Below, piece after piece: positions 48,707 through 63,993 of a stretch of 64,000 nt of DNA. Positions within the stretch are counted from its first letter, which is position 1. The number at the start of each line of letters is the position of its first letter. Both the position numbers and the translations under genes were made by a program. A model generated the notes under the pieces. It was not told where the DNA came from, did no database searches, and worked only from the letters and a program-made list of their open reading frames with translations. Origin of the DNA: an uncultured Candidatus Entotheonella sp. (lineage in GTDB: Bacteria > Tectomicrobia > Entotheonellia > Entotheonellales > Entotheonellaceae); the NCBI GenBank assembly GCA_965217185.1, contig OZ244252.1, positions 1,408,001 to 1,472,000 of the forward strand. The letters are read 5' to 3'.

Positions 48707-49994
48707 GGCGCCTCGAAAAATAACTCACTGGCGGGCAAAACTGGCGTGAGTGGTCCTATCGCGTGATGTCGGTAGAGAATGAACGGCGGTTGGCGCGGTG
48801 ATGTCGCTCCCCGACAAGAGCCATGGCGCTTTCAATGAGGGCGTCCCACGCCCTGCTGCACCCTTTAGCGTGAATCCACCACCATCGCCAGACGTTGCAA
48901 GTGAACCAGGCGACGCCTGTTGTAGGCAAGGTTCTTGAGACCTATCCGCGCTCTCGCCCGTACAAGACCGATGCTGCGAACCAACGTCCCGCCCACGTCG
49001 TTTTGCTGCGCCCCGAAGACATGCTCTACCCGTGCTCGAAACCGTGAACGACTCTGGTTGCCCGCCTTCTCCCAATCACACAGCGGACGGTTGCGATAGC
49101 CCTTGCGATGAATCCGACTCGTCAAGCCCCTTTCCTTGACCTTCTCCTCAATCGCTTTCGACCGGTAGGCGCTGTCCGCCCAGACGCCGCTTGCCGTGTT
49201 GTCCGACGTAAGCAGTTCATCAACCCCTTGGCTGTCGTGCACCGCCGCGTCCGTCACCCGGTAACGCCGGATCAGTTTGTGCCGACGGTCGATGCTGACG
49301 TGATTCTTGTAGCCATAGTGGCTCTTGCCGTGCTTCTTCGTCCAGCGCGCATCCGTATCCTTTTGCCGACGCTTGGCCGCCTTGTCGGCCCAGGCCGCGG
49401 GCATCTCACCGCGCTTGATCTGCTCATTGTCGCCACGACGATTGCGTTGAATGGGAACCGCGACAATCGAGGCATCGATGATCTGGCCGCCCATGGCCCG
49501 GTAGCCCTGGCTTTTCAGATAGCCGTCGAAATCCTCAAACAAGGCCTCCAGGAGGCCAGCCTGTGACAACTGCTCGCGGTAGAGCCACACCGTCTTGGCG
49601 TCGGGCACCTTGTCTTCAAGCGCCAGCCCCAGAAAGCGCACGAAGGACAGGCGGTCACGCATCTGATACTCGACCTGGTCATCCGACAGATTGCAGAGGG
49701 CGCACAAAATGATCGCTTTGAACATGACGATGGCGTCCCACGGCTTGCACCCCGCATTGGACTTACGCTTGTCGGCTGGCTTGCGCCAGACGTTTTCCAG
49801 GCGGCTGCGGAAGGCTTCCCAGGGAACGACGGCATTGATCTTCACCAGGGGGTCATGCTTGGCATCCAGAGCGGCGTAGCGATTCTCGACATCGAAAAAG
49901 CCCATCTGAGCCATGTTCAACTCCTCCGGCCTGTTGGTTAACGTGTCTCTGTGATTCTAAACCACGTGGGAAGATGAGTATTATTAGAGATGCC
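48707..49994 (-). mobile_element. IS5-family insertion sequence
   Basis: Imperfect terminal IRs GGCGCCTCGAAAAATAACTCA / GGCATCTCTAATAATACTCA; flanked by direct repeat CAAAG (or AAA if each end is 1 bp longer). Confidence 0.9.
48865..49914 (-). CDS. IS5-family DDE transposase
   Basis: PDAKTVW, IIDAS, DARWTKK..K..YGYK.H, DSAY, RARVEHVFG, NLAYN; GGAGG RBS; frame intact. Confidence 0.93.
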   Translation of the reverse strand: MAQMGFFDVENRYAALDAKHDPLVKINAVVPWEAFRSRLENVWRKPADKRKSNAGCKPWDAIVMFKAIILCALCNLSDDQVEYQMRDRLSFVRFLGLALEDKVPDAKTVWLYREQLSQAGLLEALFEDFDGYLKSQGYRAMGGQIIDASIVAVPIQRNRRGDNEQIKRGEMPAAWADKAAKRRQKDTDARWTKKHGKSHYGYKNHVSIDRRHKLIRRYRVTDAAVHDSQGVDELLTSDNTASGVWADSAYRSKAIEEKVKERGLTSRIHRKGYRNRPLCDWEKAGNQSRSRFRARVEHVFGAQQNDVGGTLVRSIGLVRARARIGLKNLAYNRRRLVHLQRLAMVVDSR

Positions 49995-50490
49995 CAAAGA
50001 ACACTGGCGGTTTTCCTCTTACAATTCCATATAGACTGGTCACCCTCTGTTGACCGTCCAGCAACAAATCGATTGCACCGGATTTCCCTGTTTGGTTATC
50101 GCCTCGAACCTCTGCCTGCTCGACACGGGTAGTCCATGTCAGCAACGAGCCTACTGGGTAGCCTCGGTATAACGAATTCATCAAATCCTTGACTTGGCGA
50201 CGCTTCCAAACATACCCACGCTGAAATACTGGCAAGGCCAGGGCCTCATTATCCACGTTGTTCAGTATGTCTACGATCTTCATTAACCGTGTCCTTTCCC
50301 CCGTTTTGTCGCCTTACTCAGTTACCGATCCGTCAATGTAACACTGTGATGAACCCCTGGCCAATCGAGCGATTAGCGTGACGCCGGAGTCGGAGCAGCG
50401 GACTGTGTGGGATTCGCGGTTGTTCTTGTCGGCATCCTGATAGAACGTTTGATACCGGATATATGATGCTTGTATACGGCCGCGGTCGTG

Positions 50491-51537
50491 TCACTCGGGA
50501 GTCAAGTGTTTTTGGAACCATTCGAGCGCCGCGGAAGAGGCCGCGTCATAGTGGCGCCGGTAGATGCTGTAGTGCTGGCCGGGATAGGTCTTGTATTCGG
50601 CCTCGGCGTTCTTGCCGATGATGTCGTAGACGGCGCGACCGTTGGCCATGCGGTCGAAGAGTTCTTCCTCGGTAACATCGATGATCAGGGTCGGGACCCT
50701 CACTTCTGCCGCTTGGTCGATCGGGCGGTGATCCAGCATCTTCGCGAGGTCCGGCGTGCCTTTCAGGTTGGGAATCTGGTCGACACCTTGTGGGATCGGA
50801 TCGATCTTGCCGCGCGCTTTGTCGATGGCGCGCTGGCGGGCGAATCGTTTCGCTTCGGGGCTCCAACCGCCGACCCCTTGATAGCCCACCTGGCTGACGA
50901 TGGCCGCGACCCGGTCGTCGCGGGCGCCAATATGGATAACGTGGCCACCCGAGTAGCTCGTGCCCCAGATGCCGATGCGGTCGCGGTCGATGCCGGGCTC
51001 GCCGCTCAGGTAATCCAGCGCGCTGGTGATGTCGCGAATCTGGTCGTGGGGATCCACCACATCCCGGATGGCACGGGCGCGTACGGTCACCTCGCCGTTG
51101 GCGTCAGGTTCCGGTTGCTCGCCGATGATGACGAGACGGCTGTGGCTGTCGGCCCAGCCGCGGTAATCGAATGTCAGCACCACGAAGCCGGCGGCGGCGA
51201 ATTTTGGCGCATAAGTGCTGTTGAGATGGTCGCGCGTGCCGCCCCAGCCATGGGTGAGGAGAACCGCGGGCGCGTCGCTACCCTCGCCGAAGCCGGCGGG
51301 TAGCCAGAGGTCACCGGCCATTCTGGTGCCGTCGCTCCAGATATGGATAGGGCGACGCTCAACGCCGTCCGCTTCGCTCAAACCGACCCAGACGGCGAGA
51401 ACGACGATGACCGCGAGCGCCGTGAACAGGCCGCGTGGAACACGTCTCAAGCAACTTCGCGTTAGTCTGTAGGTCGGATTAGGGATGCGTAATCCGACAT
51501 TCCTCTGCTGAATTGTCCTGGCGACCCAGTTGATCAT
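50491..51537 (-). CDS. exported alpha/beta hydrolase
   Basis: HGWGG, FDYRGW, GIWGTSYSGG elbow, late His; hydrophobic signal; GGGAGG RBS before 51537. Confidence 0.8.
   Translation of the reverse strand: MINWVARTIQQRNVGLRIPNPTYRLTRSCLRRVPRGLFTALAVIVVLAVWVGLSEADGVERRPIHIWSDGTRMAGDLWLPAGFGEGSDAPAVLLTHGWGGTRDHLNSTYAPKFAAAGFVVLTFDYRGWADSHSRLVIIGEQPEPDANGEVTVRARAIRDVVDPHDQIRDITSALDYLSGEPGIDRDRIGIWGTSYSGGHVIHIGARDDRVAAIVSQVGYQGVGGWSPEAKRFARQRAIDKARGKIDPIPQGVDQIPNLKGTPDLAKMLDHRPIDQAAEVRVPTLIIDVTEEELFDRMANGRAVYDIIGKNAEAEYKTYPGQHYSIYRRHYDAASSAALEWFQKHLTPE
51469..51503 (+). repeat. GTAG-type REP-like palindrome, copy 2
   Basis: GTAGGTCGGATTAGGGATGCGTAATCCGACATTCC; GTCGGATTA/TAATCCGAC stem. Confidence 0.7.
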
Positions 51538-51652
51538 ATTTTCCTCCCATCATCTCTGCGTTACGGTCTGAACTCATCGCTCCAATCAGGGCTTTATCGT
51601 ATGCTGGACAGTAGGCAACAAACCAGGATGAATCGAGAAGGAAAGGTAACCC

Positions 51653-52471
51653 ATGGAATTTGGACTACGAGGTAGGAAGGCGATTGTGACCGGCGGCAGC
51701 CGCGGTATCGGCAAGGCGATTGCGCTGGAACTGGCCCGTGAAGGTGTTGACGTGGCCATCGTGGCGCGCGGCCAAGAGGAATTGTCGGCGACAGCCGAGG
51801 AACTGGCAGCCGAAACCGGACAGCGCATTGTTCCGATTGTGACCGACGTGACCAGCCGCGAGCAGGTCGACCGCATGACGGAACAGGCCGCTGAGCAGCT
51901 TGGCGGCCTGCATATTCTGGTCAACAGCGGCGCCCTGCCCGGCGGCTCACCAACAGCGGTTGGGCACATCGACACGGTGGTCGACGAAGACCTGTTGCAG
52001 GATTTCAACGTCAAGTATCTCGGCGCTCTGCGCTGCTGCCGTGCCGCCATTCCGCGCATGAAATCCGCGGGGTGGGGGCGCATCATCAACATCAGCGGCA
52101 CCAACGCCCGCACGGCCGGTAACCTCAGTGGCGGTGCGCGCAATACCTCCATGGTGCACCTGACCCGTACCCTGGCGCTGCAACTCGGCCGCGACGGTAC
52201 CACCGTCAACTGCATCCACCCCGGCATTACCCGCACCGAGCGAACCCCCGACCTGTTGGCCGCCCGCGCCAAGGAGCTTGGCATTACCGCCGCTGAGGTA
52301 GAAGCCCGGGATTTCGCCGAGGGCGCTCCTCGCGGCAACGCCATCGGGCGCATGGTTGACGCCTCGGAGATTGCCTATCTAACCGTCTTCCTGGCCTCAG
52401 ACAAAGCATGGGCCGTCACCGGCGAGCTCGTTGTTGCCAACGGCGGCACCGGCGCGGCCGTGTATTACTGA
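51653..52471 (+). CDS. short-chain dehydrogenase/reductase
   Basis: TGGSRGIG, ILVNSG, GRIINIS, VNCIHPG; canonical YxxxK not evident. Confidence 0.85.
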   Translation: MEFGLRGRKAIVTGGSRGIGKAIALELAREGVDVAIVARGQEELSATAEELAAETGQRIVPIVTDVTSREQVDRMTEQAAEQLGGLHILVNSGALPGGSPTAVGHIDTVVDEDLLQDFNVKYLGALRCCRAAIPRMKSAGWGRIINISGTNARTAGNLSGGARNTSMVHLTRTLALQLGRDGTTVNCIHPGITRTERTPDLLAARAKELGITAAEVEARDFAEGAPRGNAIGRMVDASEIAYLTVFLASDKAWAVTGELVVANGGTGAAVYY

Positions 52472-52490
52472 GGCTTGGCCACCAGCTCCG

Positions 52491-54608
<2,118 letters not shown>

Positions 54609-54923
54609 AAGTCGTCCTCCATTCGGATACGTTGCGAAAAGCAGAGAGCGCAGCGCGATAACGGGCCGCAATTTTCCACGTGCGTCAACCACGGCGGCGC
54701 TGGCGAATTCGGCTACGCCTTCTGTCTGCTATCAGGGATGGGATGAATCGCGGCGAGAACCAACGATGACAAGCGGCATTGTAGCACATTGGGGCGCTGC
54801 GGGCGGCCCGCCGCAGGGAAAAACGGCGTGCACCGGTCGGGGCTGGAAGGTATAGTGAATGTTAATAGTTACAAGACAAAATTGCACAGATTCATCCGAC
54901 GTTGAGCAGAAAGAGAGACTTCG

Positions 54924-56291
54924 ATGCTACGGAGACTGCTGATCGGCCTCAGCACCTTGATGATTCTGATTCTGGGCGTTGTCGGCATGAAGGCGTTGAA
55001 GGACATGCGCGACGTTCCGCAACGGCAGGTTGTCGACAACCCGGGGCCTGTGGTGCGCGTGGTCAACGTAGAGCCGCGCGAGGTACCGCTTTCCGTGGCC
55101 GGATTCGGCACCGTGCGGGCGAAACACGTCTGGAGCGTCACGCCCGAAGTGTCGGGGACGATTGTCGAATTGTCACCGCAACTGCGGGCCGGGTTGCACG
55201 TCAAGCGCGGTGAGCTGTTGTTCCAGATTGATCCCCGTTCCTTCCGACTGGCGGTAGAACGCATTCAGGCCCGCTTGATTCAGCATGAGAAAGAAATCGC
55301 CGTCCTGCAGCAGCAGCGGAAAAATCACCTCGAAACGCTCGAACTGGCGCGCCAAAACCTGTCCATCGCGGAGGAGGATCTGTGGCGCGATGAGGAACTG
55401 ATGCGCAAGGGCACCATCTCGCCGCGCGAGCGTGACCGCCGCCAGCAGGCGCGGAACGAAGCATTGCGCGCGGTGCAAAGCACTGAAAACCAGTTGGCGC
55501 TGAACGGGCCGCGGACCGAGCAGGCCGAAGCCGCCATCGAGGTGGCGCGCGCCGAATTGGAAGAGGCCGAGTTGCAACTCAGCAAGACGCGCCTGCTGGC
55601 CCCCGCCGACGGCCAACTCGTGCAAACCGTGCTCGACCTCGGCGAATTTGTCGCTGCCGGGCGCGAGGTTGCTTCCCTCTACGGCACGGACGCCGTGGAA
55701 ATTCCGATTGCCGTGCCCATGGACGAGCTCCGCTGGCTGCCGACGCTGTCCCCGGACAATTTCTCACCCACGGCGGATTCCAATCCGGCCCCGAATGATC
55801 TCCTGCCGACGGCCACCATTCACTGGCAAAGCGGCCAGCGCGATTATGTCTGGCACGGCAAGGTGGTTCGCTGGGAGGCCGGCCTGGATGCCCGGACGCG
55901 CACCCTGACCCTGGTGGTGGAAGTCCCCAGGCCCTGGGATTCGTTCCGTCCCGGTGAACACCCGGCTCTGCAACCCGGCATGTTTTGCCGGGTGGAAATT
56001 TCCGCCGGCAGCCAACCCAATGCCGTTGTCATCCCCCGCACGGCCTTGCACGACGGCAACTCGGTGTATCTCGTCACCGACGGACGCCTGGAACGGCGAC
56101 AGGTAGAAGTCCTTCGTTTCCTCCGTGACCAGGCCATCCTCAGCGCCGGGCTGCAACCGGGCGATCGCCTTGTGGTTTCTCCCCTCAGCGCTCCGGTCAT
56201 CGGCATGAAACTTCGCCCCCTGGAAGTCCAGCCGGTGGCGCCCGCCATCTCCGACACCCAAGACACGGTCGCGCGGCAAGAGGAGCGCTAA
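54924..56291 (+). CDS. RND efflux membrane fusion protein
   Basis: N-terminal anchor, PEVSG, helical hairpin, APADG, PGMF, IPRTAL, GLQPGD. Confidence 0.88.
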   Translation: MLRRLLIGLSTLMILILGVVGMKALKDMRDVPQRQVVDNPGPVVRVVNVEPREVPLSVAGFGTVRAKHVWSVTPEVSGTIVELSPQLRAGLHVKRGELLFQIDPRSFRLAVERIQARLIQHEKEIAVLQQQRKNHLETLELARQNLSIAEEDLWRDEELMRKGTISPRERDRRQQARNEALRAVQSTENQLALNGPRTEQAEAAIEVARAELEEAELQLSKTRLLAPADGQLVQTVLDLGEFVAAGREVASLYGTDAVEIPIAVPMDELRWLPTLSPDNFSPTADSNPAPNDLLPTATIHWQSGQRDYVWHGKVVRWEAGLDARTRTLTLVVEVPRPWDSFRPGEHPALQPGMFCRVEISAGSQPNAVVIPRTALHDGNSVYLVTDGRLERRQVEVLRFLRDQAILSAGLQPGDRLVVSPLSAPVIGMKLRPLEVQPVAPAISDTQDTVARQEER

Positions 56292-59200
56292 GGCATGCGA
56301 CGCCTCATTTCGGCCGCCGTTCACAACTCGGTGGCGGCCAATCTCTTGATGATCGTGATCATCGTGATCGGCGGTATGAGCGCCTACAACCTCCGGCGTG
56401 AGACCTTTCCGCAAATATCCTTCGATATTATCCAGGTGCAGACCATCTTTCCCGGCGCCACGCCGGAGGAAGTTGAAGAAAGCATTGTCGTCAAAATCGA
56501 AGAGGCGATTAAGAGCGTCGAGGGCATTCAGGACATCCTCTCACAAGCGCGCGAAAGTTCAGGCGTGGTGCTCGCCCGGCTAAAGTCTGGCGTCGATAAT
56601 CGCCGCGTCCTGGAGGATATCCAGAATGAGGTCGAGAAGATTGATACGTTTCCTGAGGACGCCGAACCACCGCGTTACGAAGAGCTCTCGGAGAGGCGCA
56701 AGGTCATCAATATCGCCATCTATGGCGAGCAGCCCGAGCGAACGTTGAAGGAAGTTGCCACCCGGGTGCGGGACGACCTTCTGGTTTCCGAGTTCATCTC
56801 GCAGATTCGCATTTTCGGCACCCGCGATTATGAAATCAGCGTCGAAGTATCCGAGGAGAGCCTGCGGCGTCACGGCCTTACCTTCGAAGAAATCCGCCAA
56901 GTGGTGCAGCGCAGCAGCCTCAACCTGCCGGGGGGCAGCATCAAGACGCCGACGCAGGACATCGTGGTGCGCACCGCCGGACAACGCTACACCGGACTGG
57001 AATTCGCCCTTCTGCCGTTATTGACGCGCCCGGACGGTACGGTGGTCACCTTGGACGAGGTGGCGCGGGTCAGCGACGGTTTCGTGGATGCGTGGCGCAT
57101 CGGCCGTTTCAACGGCACCCCCAGCGTCATGGTTTCCGTGTTCAGGACTAGCGAGGAAGACGCCCTGGTCATTTCCGACACGGTACGTCAGTACGTCTCC
57201 GAGCAAGCGCCGCAACTGCCGGAGGGGCTGTCCATGAGCGTGTGGGCGGACGATTCGGCCATTACCAAAAGCCGTCTGGAATTGCTCAGCCGTAACGGGC
57301 TGCAAGGTCTGTTCCTGGTGCTTCTCAGCTTGTGGCTGTTCCTGAACCTGCGGTTGGCGTTTTGGGTGGCGGCCGGCTTGGTGGTGGCTCTGCTGGGCGG
57401 CTTGTGGATCCTGATCCTGTACGGCGGCACCCTCAACATGATCACCATGTTCGCCTTCATCATGGCGCTCGGCATGCTGGTCGACGACGCCATCGTGGTT
57501 GGCGAGAACGTCTACAGCCACTGGCGGCGCGGCAAGCCCCCGGTGCAGGCGGCCATCGATGGCGCCAGCGAGGTGGCCGTACCGGTTATCGGGGCGGTGG
57601 CGACGACCGTTGCGGCGTTCGTGCCGCTGTTCATCATGGAGGGCATCCTGGGCAAGTTCGTCGCCGTGATGCCCGTGGCCGTGGTGGCCGCCCTGCTCGG
57701 TTCGCTGCTTGAGTGCATGGTGATTCTGCCGCCGCACTTGGCGCACGCACTGCCGGAGGGCGGGTATCAAATGCCCAGGCGCGGTATTCGCCGTTTGGCG
57801 CAACGCATCCGTGGCGGCATCGACGGTGCCCTGGATTGGTTTATCGAGCGGGTCTATATGCCCGTGCTGAGGCGCGCCATGGCGTGGCGCCTGGTTGTCG
57901 CCGCCTCGGCATTGGCGATTCTAATGCTCATGTTCGGCCTGTTGCTGGGCGGACACCTTGAGTTCGAGCTCTTCCCCGACCGGGATACCGATACCATTCT
58001 GGCGCGCCTCACCATGCCGCAGGGCACCCCGTTGGCACAAACCGCCGCGGCGACGGCGCGCCTTGAAACCGCGGCGCGCGAACTCGATAGCCGTTTTCGG
58101 CCCGCTGATCCCGAGTACGACGGCGTCGTCAAGCAGATCATGACGGTCGTCGGTATCAATACAGACTTCGACCCTGAGGTCGGCAGCCACGTCGGCGAGG
58201 TGACGGTCGAACTCCTGGCCGCCGAGCAGCGCGGTATTTCCAGCACGCTCTTGGCGGACACTTGGCGGGACCTCGCCGGCGATGTGCCGGACGCGCTTGA
58301 GCTCATTTTCATGAGCGAGGACATTTTTCCCGTCGGCAAGCCCATCGAAGTGCGCCTGATGGGCGACGATTTCACCGCCATGCGCGAGGCCGCGGCGCGG
58401 CTGGAGGCCGAATTGGGCACCTATCCCGGCGTGCTGGACATCAGCAACGACTTCCGGCCCGGCAAGATGGAAATCCAGCTCGCGCTGAAGCCCGCCGGAC
58501 GGGTGCTCGGCATCACGCTGGCCGACCTGGCCGGGCAGGTCAATCAGGGCTTCTACGGCGCCGAGGCGCTGCGTCTACAACGCGGCCGCGACGACGTAAA
58601 AGTGGTCATCCGCTACCCGGAAGCGGAACGACGCTCGCTGGGAGACCTCGACAACATTCGCATTCGCACCCCGAACGGCAGCGAAGTGCCGTTTGGCGAG
58701 GTGGCCACCGCCACCCTGCGGCGCGGCTTCGCGGTCATCAAGCGGACCGACCGACAGCGCGCCCTTTCCGTCACCGCCGATGTTGATTCCACCAAGGCCA
58801 ATGCGGAAAAAATTCTCGCCGTCCTGGAAGCGGACTTTCTGCCCCGTCTGCTCGCCGATTACGAGAACATGCGGTATTCCTTCGAAGGCCAGCATAAGGA
58901 GACGCAGCGCTCGGTGGGCAGCCTGTTCCGCGGCTTCATCATCGCCATGCTGCTGGTCTACACGATTCTTGCGGTGATTTTCCGTTCCTACGCCCAGCCT
59001 CTGGTCGTCATGTCGGTAATTCCATTTGGATTGATCGGCGCCGTGGTCGGTCACTTCATTATGGGGCACGTCCTTTCCCTGATCAGCCTGTTCGGGCTCG
59101 TGGCCTTGAGCGGCGTGTTGGTGAATGACTCGCTGGTGCTGGTCGATTTTATCAACCGAGCCAGAAGCCAAGGCACCCCGCTGTTCGAGGCCGTGTTCGT

Positions 59201-59448
59201 TGCCGGCCGGCAACGGTTCCGCGCCATCATCCTGACCAGCGTGACGACCGTCGCGGGTTTGTCGCCCATCCTGTTCGAGAAGAGCGTGCAGGCGCAGTTC
59301 CTCATTCCGATGGCGATCTCAATGAGCTTCGGCCTCATGGGCGCCACGATCCTGGTGCTGGTGCTGGTACCCGCCCTCTATCTGTTGCTGTACGACATGC
59401 AGAGCATCTGGCGCTGGCTGCGTACCGGCAGCTTTGCAGAGAAATCCC

Positions 59449-61398
<1,950 letters not shown>

Positions 61399-61479
61399 CG
61401 TTATGAAAACCGGAAGGGATAAATTGACTGGACCGGCGCGACACCCGAAACGATGCCGCGCCGGTTGCGGGAAGGAGGG

Positions 61480-62472
61480 TTATCTCACGGCAATCGGATT
61501 GCCTGGGGAACCCGTGGCGCCCTTCAAGCGCAGCGGCGAGAAGATGTAGGCGAACTCGTACACCTGGTCCGCCGCCAAGGCTGCCGTGTCGAGATTCTCA
61601 TGGATGTAGATGCCATTGCACACCAGCAGGTGCTGGTGGCTCTCAAAAGCGCGATCCGGGTCCTCGCCGGGTACTGCCTCTACCGGCCACGTATCGGAAG
61701 CCAGCATGACGGGTTTCTTCTCAATCAACCACTTGACCGTCGTCACGCTGGGTCCGGGCACGGGGCCGCCATAGGCGTCATTGTCCACCATCCATAGCGA
61801 ACCGTGACCGGTGTGAAACATGATCACGTCGCCTTCCCCGATGTCGACGCCTTGGCGGGCCAGAGTGCCCTCGACGTCGTCAATGGTGATGACGTATCCC
61901 CCCTCCAGCCGGTCGACGCCCTTGTAGGCGGCGACGTCGAGCAGGACGCCGCGGGTGAAGAACACCCCGACGTTCTCGACGCCGAGCCGCTTCAGCCCGT
62001 AGGTGTCGCCAAAGTCGGCCAGCTTGTTGCCGTTGTAGAAGATTTCGTCGTCGCCCACCTGCACGCCGACGTGGCCGAGGCCGTCAAACTGCGTGCCCAC
62101 CTGACCAATCTCCGCGCTCACCATCTCGTCGTTGCCGATGATCTGGTTCTCGGCGAACGGCGAGTACGTGGGCAGGCCGGGAATCGTCAGGCTGTAGTGC
62201 CGCTTGCCGGGCATCGCCATGCCGTGCTCATAAACGCGCCCCAACTGGTAAATCTTGCCCTCCTGGATCAGCGACACCGCCTGCATCACCTTCGCCGGGG
62301 TGATGCGGTTCGCCGCCCCGCGTTGATCGTCCGGCCCCCACTCGGACGGCCAGCATACCGGGCCGATGGGGGTGTCGTCTTGCGCTGTCGCCGAACCAAC
62401 AAAACCGGGCAGAATGAACATCCCGATTACAACCACGGCCATCAACCTGGATCTGCGTAACGTCACTTGCAT
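61480..62472 (-). CDS. exported cyclase-family (kynurenine formamidase-like) protein
   Basis: WGPDDQRGAAN, GTQFDGLGH, RGVLLD, ENL, GATGSPGNP; signal peptide. Confidence 0.83.
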   Translation of the reverse strand: MQVTLRRSRLMAVVVIGMFILPGFVGSATAQDDTPIGPVCWPSEWGPDDQRGAANRITPAKVMQAVSLIQEGKIYQLGRVYEHGMAMPGKRHYSLTIPGLPTYSPFAENQIIGNDEMVSAEIGQVGTQFDGLGHVGVQVGDDEIFYNGNKLADFGDTYGLKRLGVENVGVFFTRGVLLDVAAYKGVDRLEGGYVITIDDVEGTLARQGVDIGEGDVIMFHTGHGSLWMVDNDAYGGPVPGPSVTTVKWLIEKKPVMLASDTWPVEAVPGEDPDRAFESHQHLLVCNGIYIHENLDTAALAADQVYEFAYIFSPLRLKGATGSPGNPIAVR

Positions 62473-62685
62473 CGCTCTCTCCTTGTCGTTGTTGTGCCTC
62501 AGTTGCAAGGGCGTGGCCCTTCATACGCGGCATCATACACCCGGCAAGGCCGCCGTCAAGCGCCATTCGGGTGGCTTCTGTTCAAGAGCCGCCAGGTTGT
62601 CGTGGACGCTGTGCCTGCCGTGCAGTATCATGCCGGGCCAACCTATCGCGTCGAGGACCGAGGTCATTGTTGAGGGAGAAACACC

Positions 62686-63993
62686 ATGCAGCAAGGAAGC
62701 AAACGCGGGCAGCGCGGGTTGAGTCGGCGGCAGTTTTTGAGTGCTGCCACGGCGACCACGGCGGGGCTGATGATGGTGCCGCCGGCGATTGCGGCCCGCA
62801 AGAAGCGCGTCACGATGCTCAGTTGGAACCACTTTGTGCCGGCGTCGGACGAAGAGTTGCGCCGTCAGGCCGCCGAGTTCAGCGAAATCTATGGGGCCAA
62901 GGTGCAGGTGGACACCATTTCTCACCTGCAAATACCGGCCAAGCAGGCCGCCGAGGTCAACGCCCAACGGGGTCATGACATCATGATCATGGGCGGCGCT
63001 TTCCCTTGGCTGTACGAAAAGCAGCTCCTGCCCGTGGACGATCTGGTGGACGAATTGGGCAACAAATTGGGCGGCTGGTACCCGTTCTGCGAACAGAATT
63101 TTCGCGTCAAGGGCACATGGCGTTCGGTACCGTGGTTCTGGGTGTCATTTCCCGGCACGGTCAACCAGGCACTGTTCGCGCAGCATGATCTGGCGTGGCC
63201 CGACACGTGGGCCGACGTGCTGGCGGCGGGCACCAAGCTGAAAAAGGCCGGGCACCCGGTCGGCATCGCCATCAGCCATGCCGGCGACGCCAACACGACC
63301 TTCTGGTCGATCAACTGGTGCTTCGGCGGCAAGGTGATCGACGAAGAGGGACAGGTTGCCATCCGCTCGCCGCAGACGGAAGAGGCCATGGAGTTCTACC
63401 GCGAGCTGTTCGACAAGGCGATGACCGATGAAGTTCTGGCCTGGGATGACGCCAGCAACAATCGCTTCCTGCTGTCGGGCAAGGGCTCGTGGATTCACAA
63501 CCCCATCAGCCCTTACAACGCGGCGCTGGCCAAGAAGATGGACATCGCCAAAGACATCAACCACCATCCCACGCCGGCCGGGCCGGCAGGCCGCCACAAT
63601 GCGCCGCCGATCGTCAGCCTCGGCATCTGGAAGTTCGCGCGCAATCCCGAAGGGGCACGGGAATTCCTCCGTTACCTGTTCGAGCCTGAGAATTTCAACA
63701 AGTGGGTGGTTGCCAGTATGGCCTTCAATCACGGCCCGGTGCGGGAATTCGAGACGCACCCCATTTGGGCCACCGACGAGAAACTCAAGATTCTGCCGCT
63801 CGAAGGCGAATTTGGTCACCCGCGCGGCTGGCCGTATCACCCGAACCCGGAAGTGGCGCGCATCGACGAAGTCTACGTGCTGCCGGACATGGTGGCCAAG
63901 GCGATTCGCGGCAAGAACGTCAAAGCCGCCCTGCAGTGGGGTGAGGATCAGATCCACCGCATTATGAAGAACACGCGGGAGAGAACCGCGTAA
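62686..63993 (+). CDS. Tat-exported sugar-type ABC substrate-binding protein
   Basis: SRRQFL Tat motif; WNHFVP, WPDTW, WDDASNN, NPIS.Y. Confidence 0.83.
   Translation: MQQGSKRGQRGLSRRQFLSAATATTAGLMMVPPAIAARKKRVTMLSWNHFVPASDEELRRQAAEFSEIYGAKVQVDTISHLQIPAKQAAEVNAQRGHDIMIMGGAFPWLYEKQLLPVDDLVDELGNKLGGWYPFCEQNFRVKGTWRSVPWFWVSFPGTVNQALFAQHDLAWPDTWADVLAAGTKLKKAGHPVGIAISHAGDANTTFWSINWCFGGKVIDEEGQVAIRSPQTEEAMEFYRELFDKAMTDEVLAWDDASNNRFLLSGKGSWIHNPISPYNAALAKKMDIAKDINHHPTPAGPAGRHNAPPIVSLGIWKFARNPEGAREFLRYLFEPENFNKWVVASMAFNHGPVREFETHPIWATDEKLKILPLEGEFGHPRGWPYHPNPEVARIDEVYVLPDMVAKAIRGKNVKAALQWGEDQIHRIMKNTRERTA

Larger units (their letters stand above)
47047..50283 (-). pseudogene. DUF262/HNH (GmrSD-like) nuclease interrupted by IS
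   Basis: LPVFQRGYVW, DGQQRVTSL; FNRVNSGG.KL; ELHHIFPK...NMGNI. Removing 48707-49999 restores PPVFFDGD in frame (647 aa). Confidence 0.88.
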
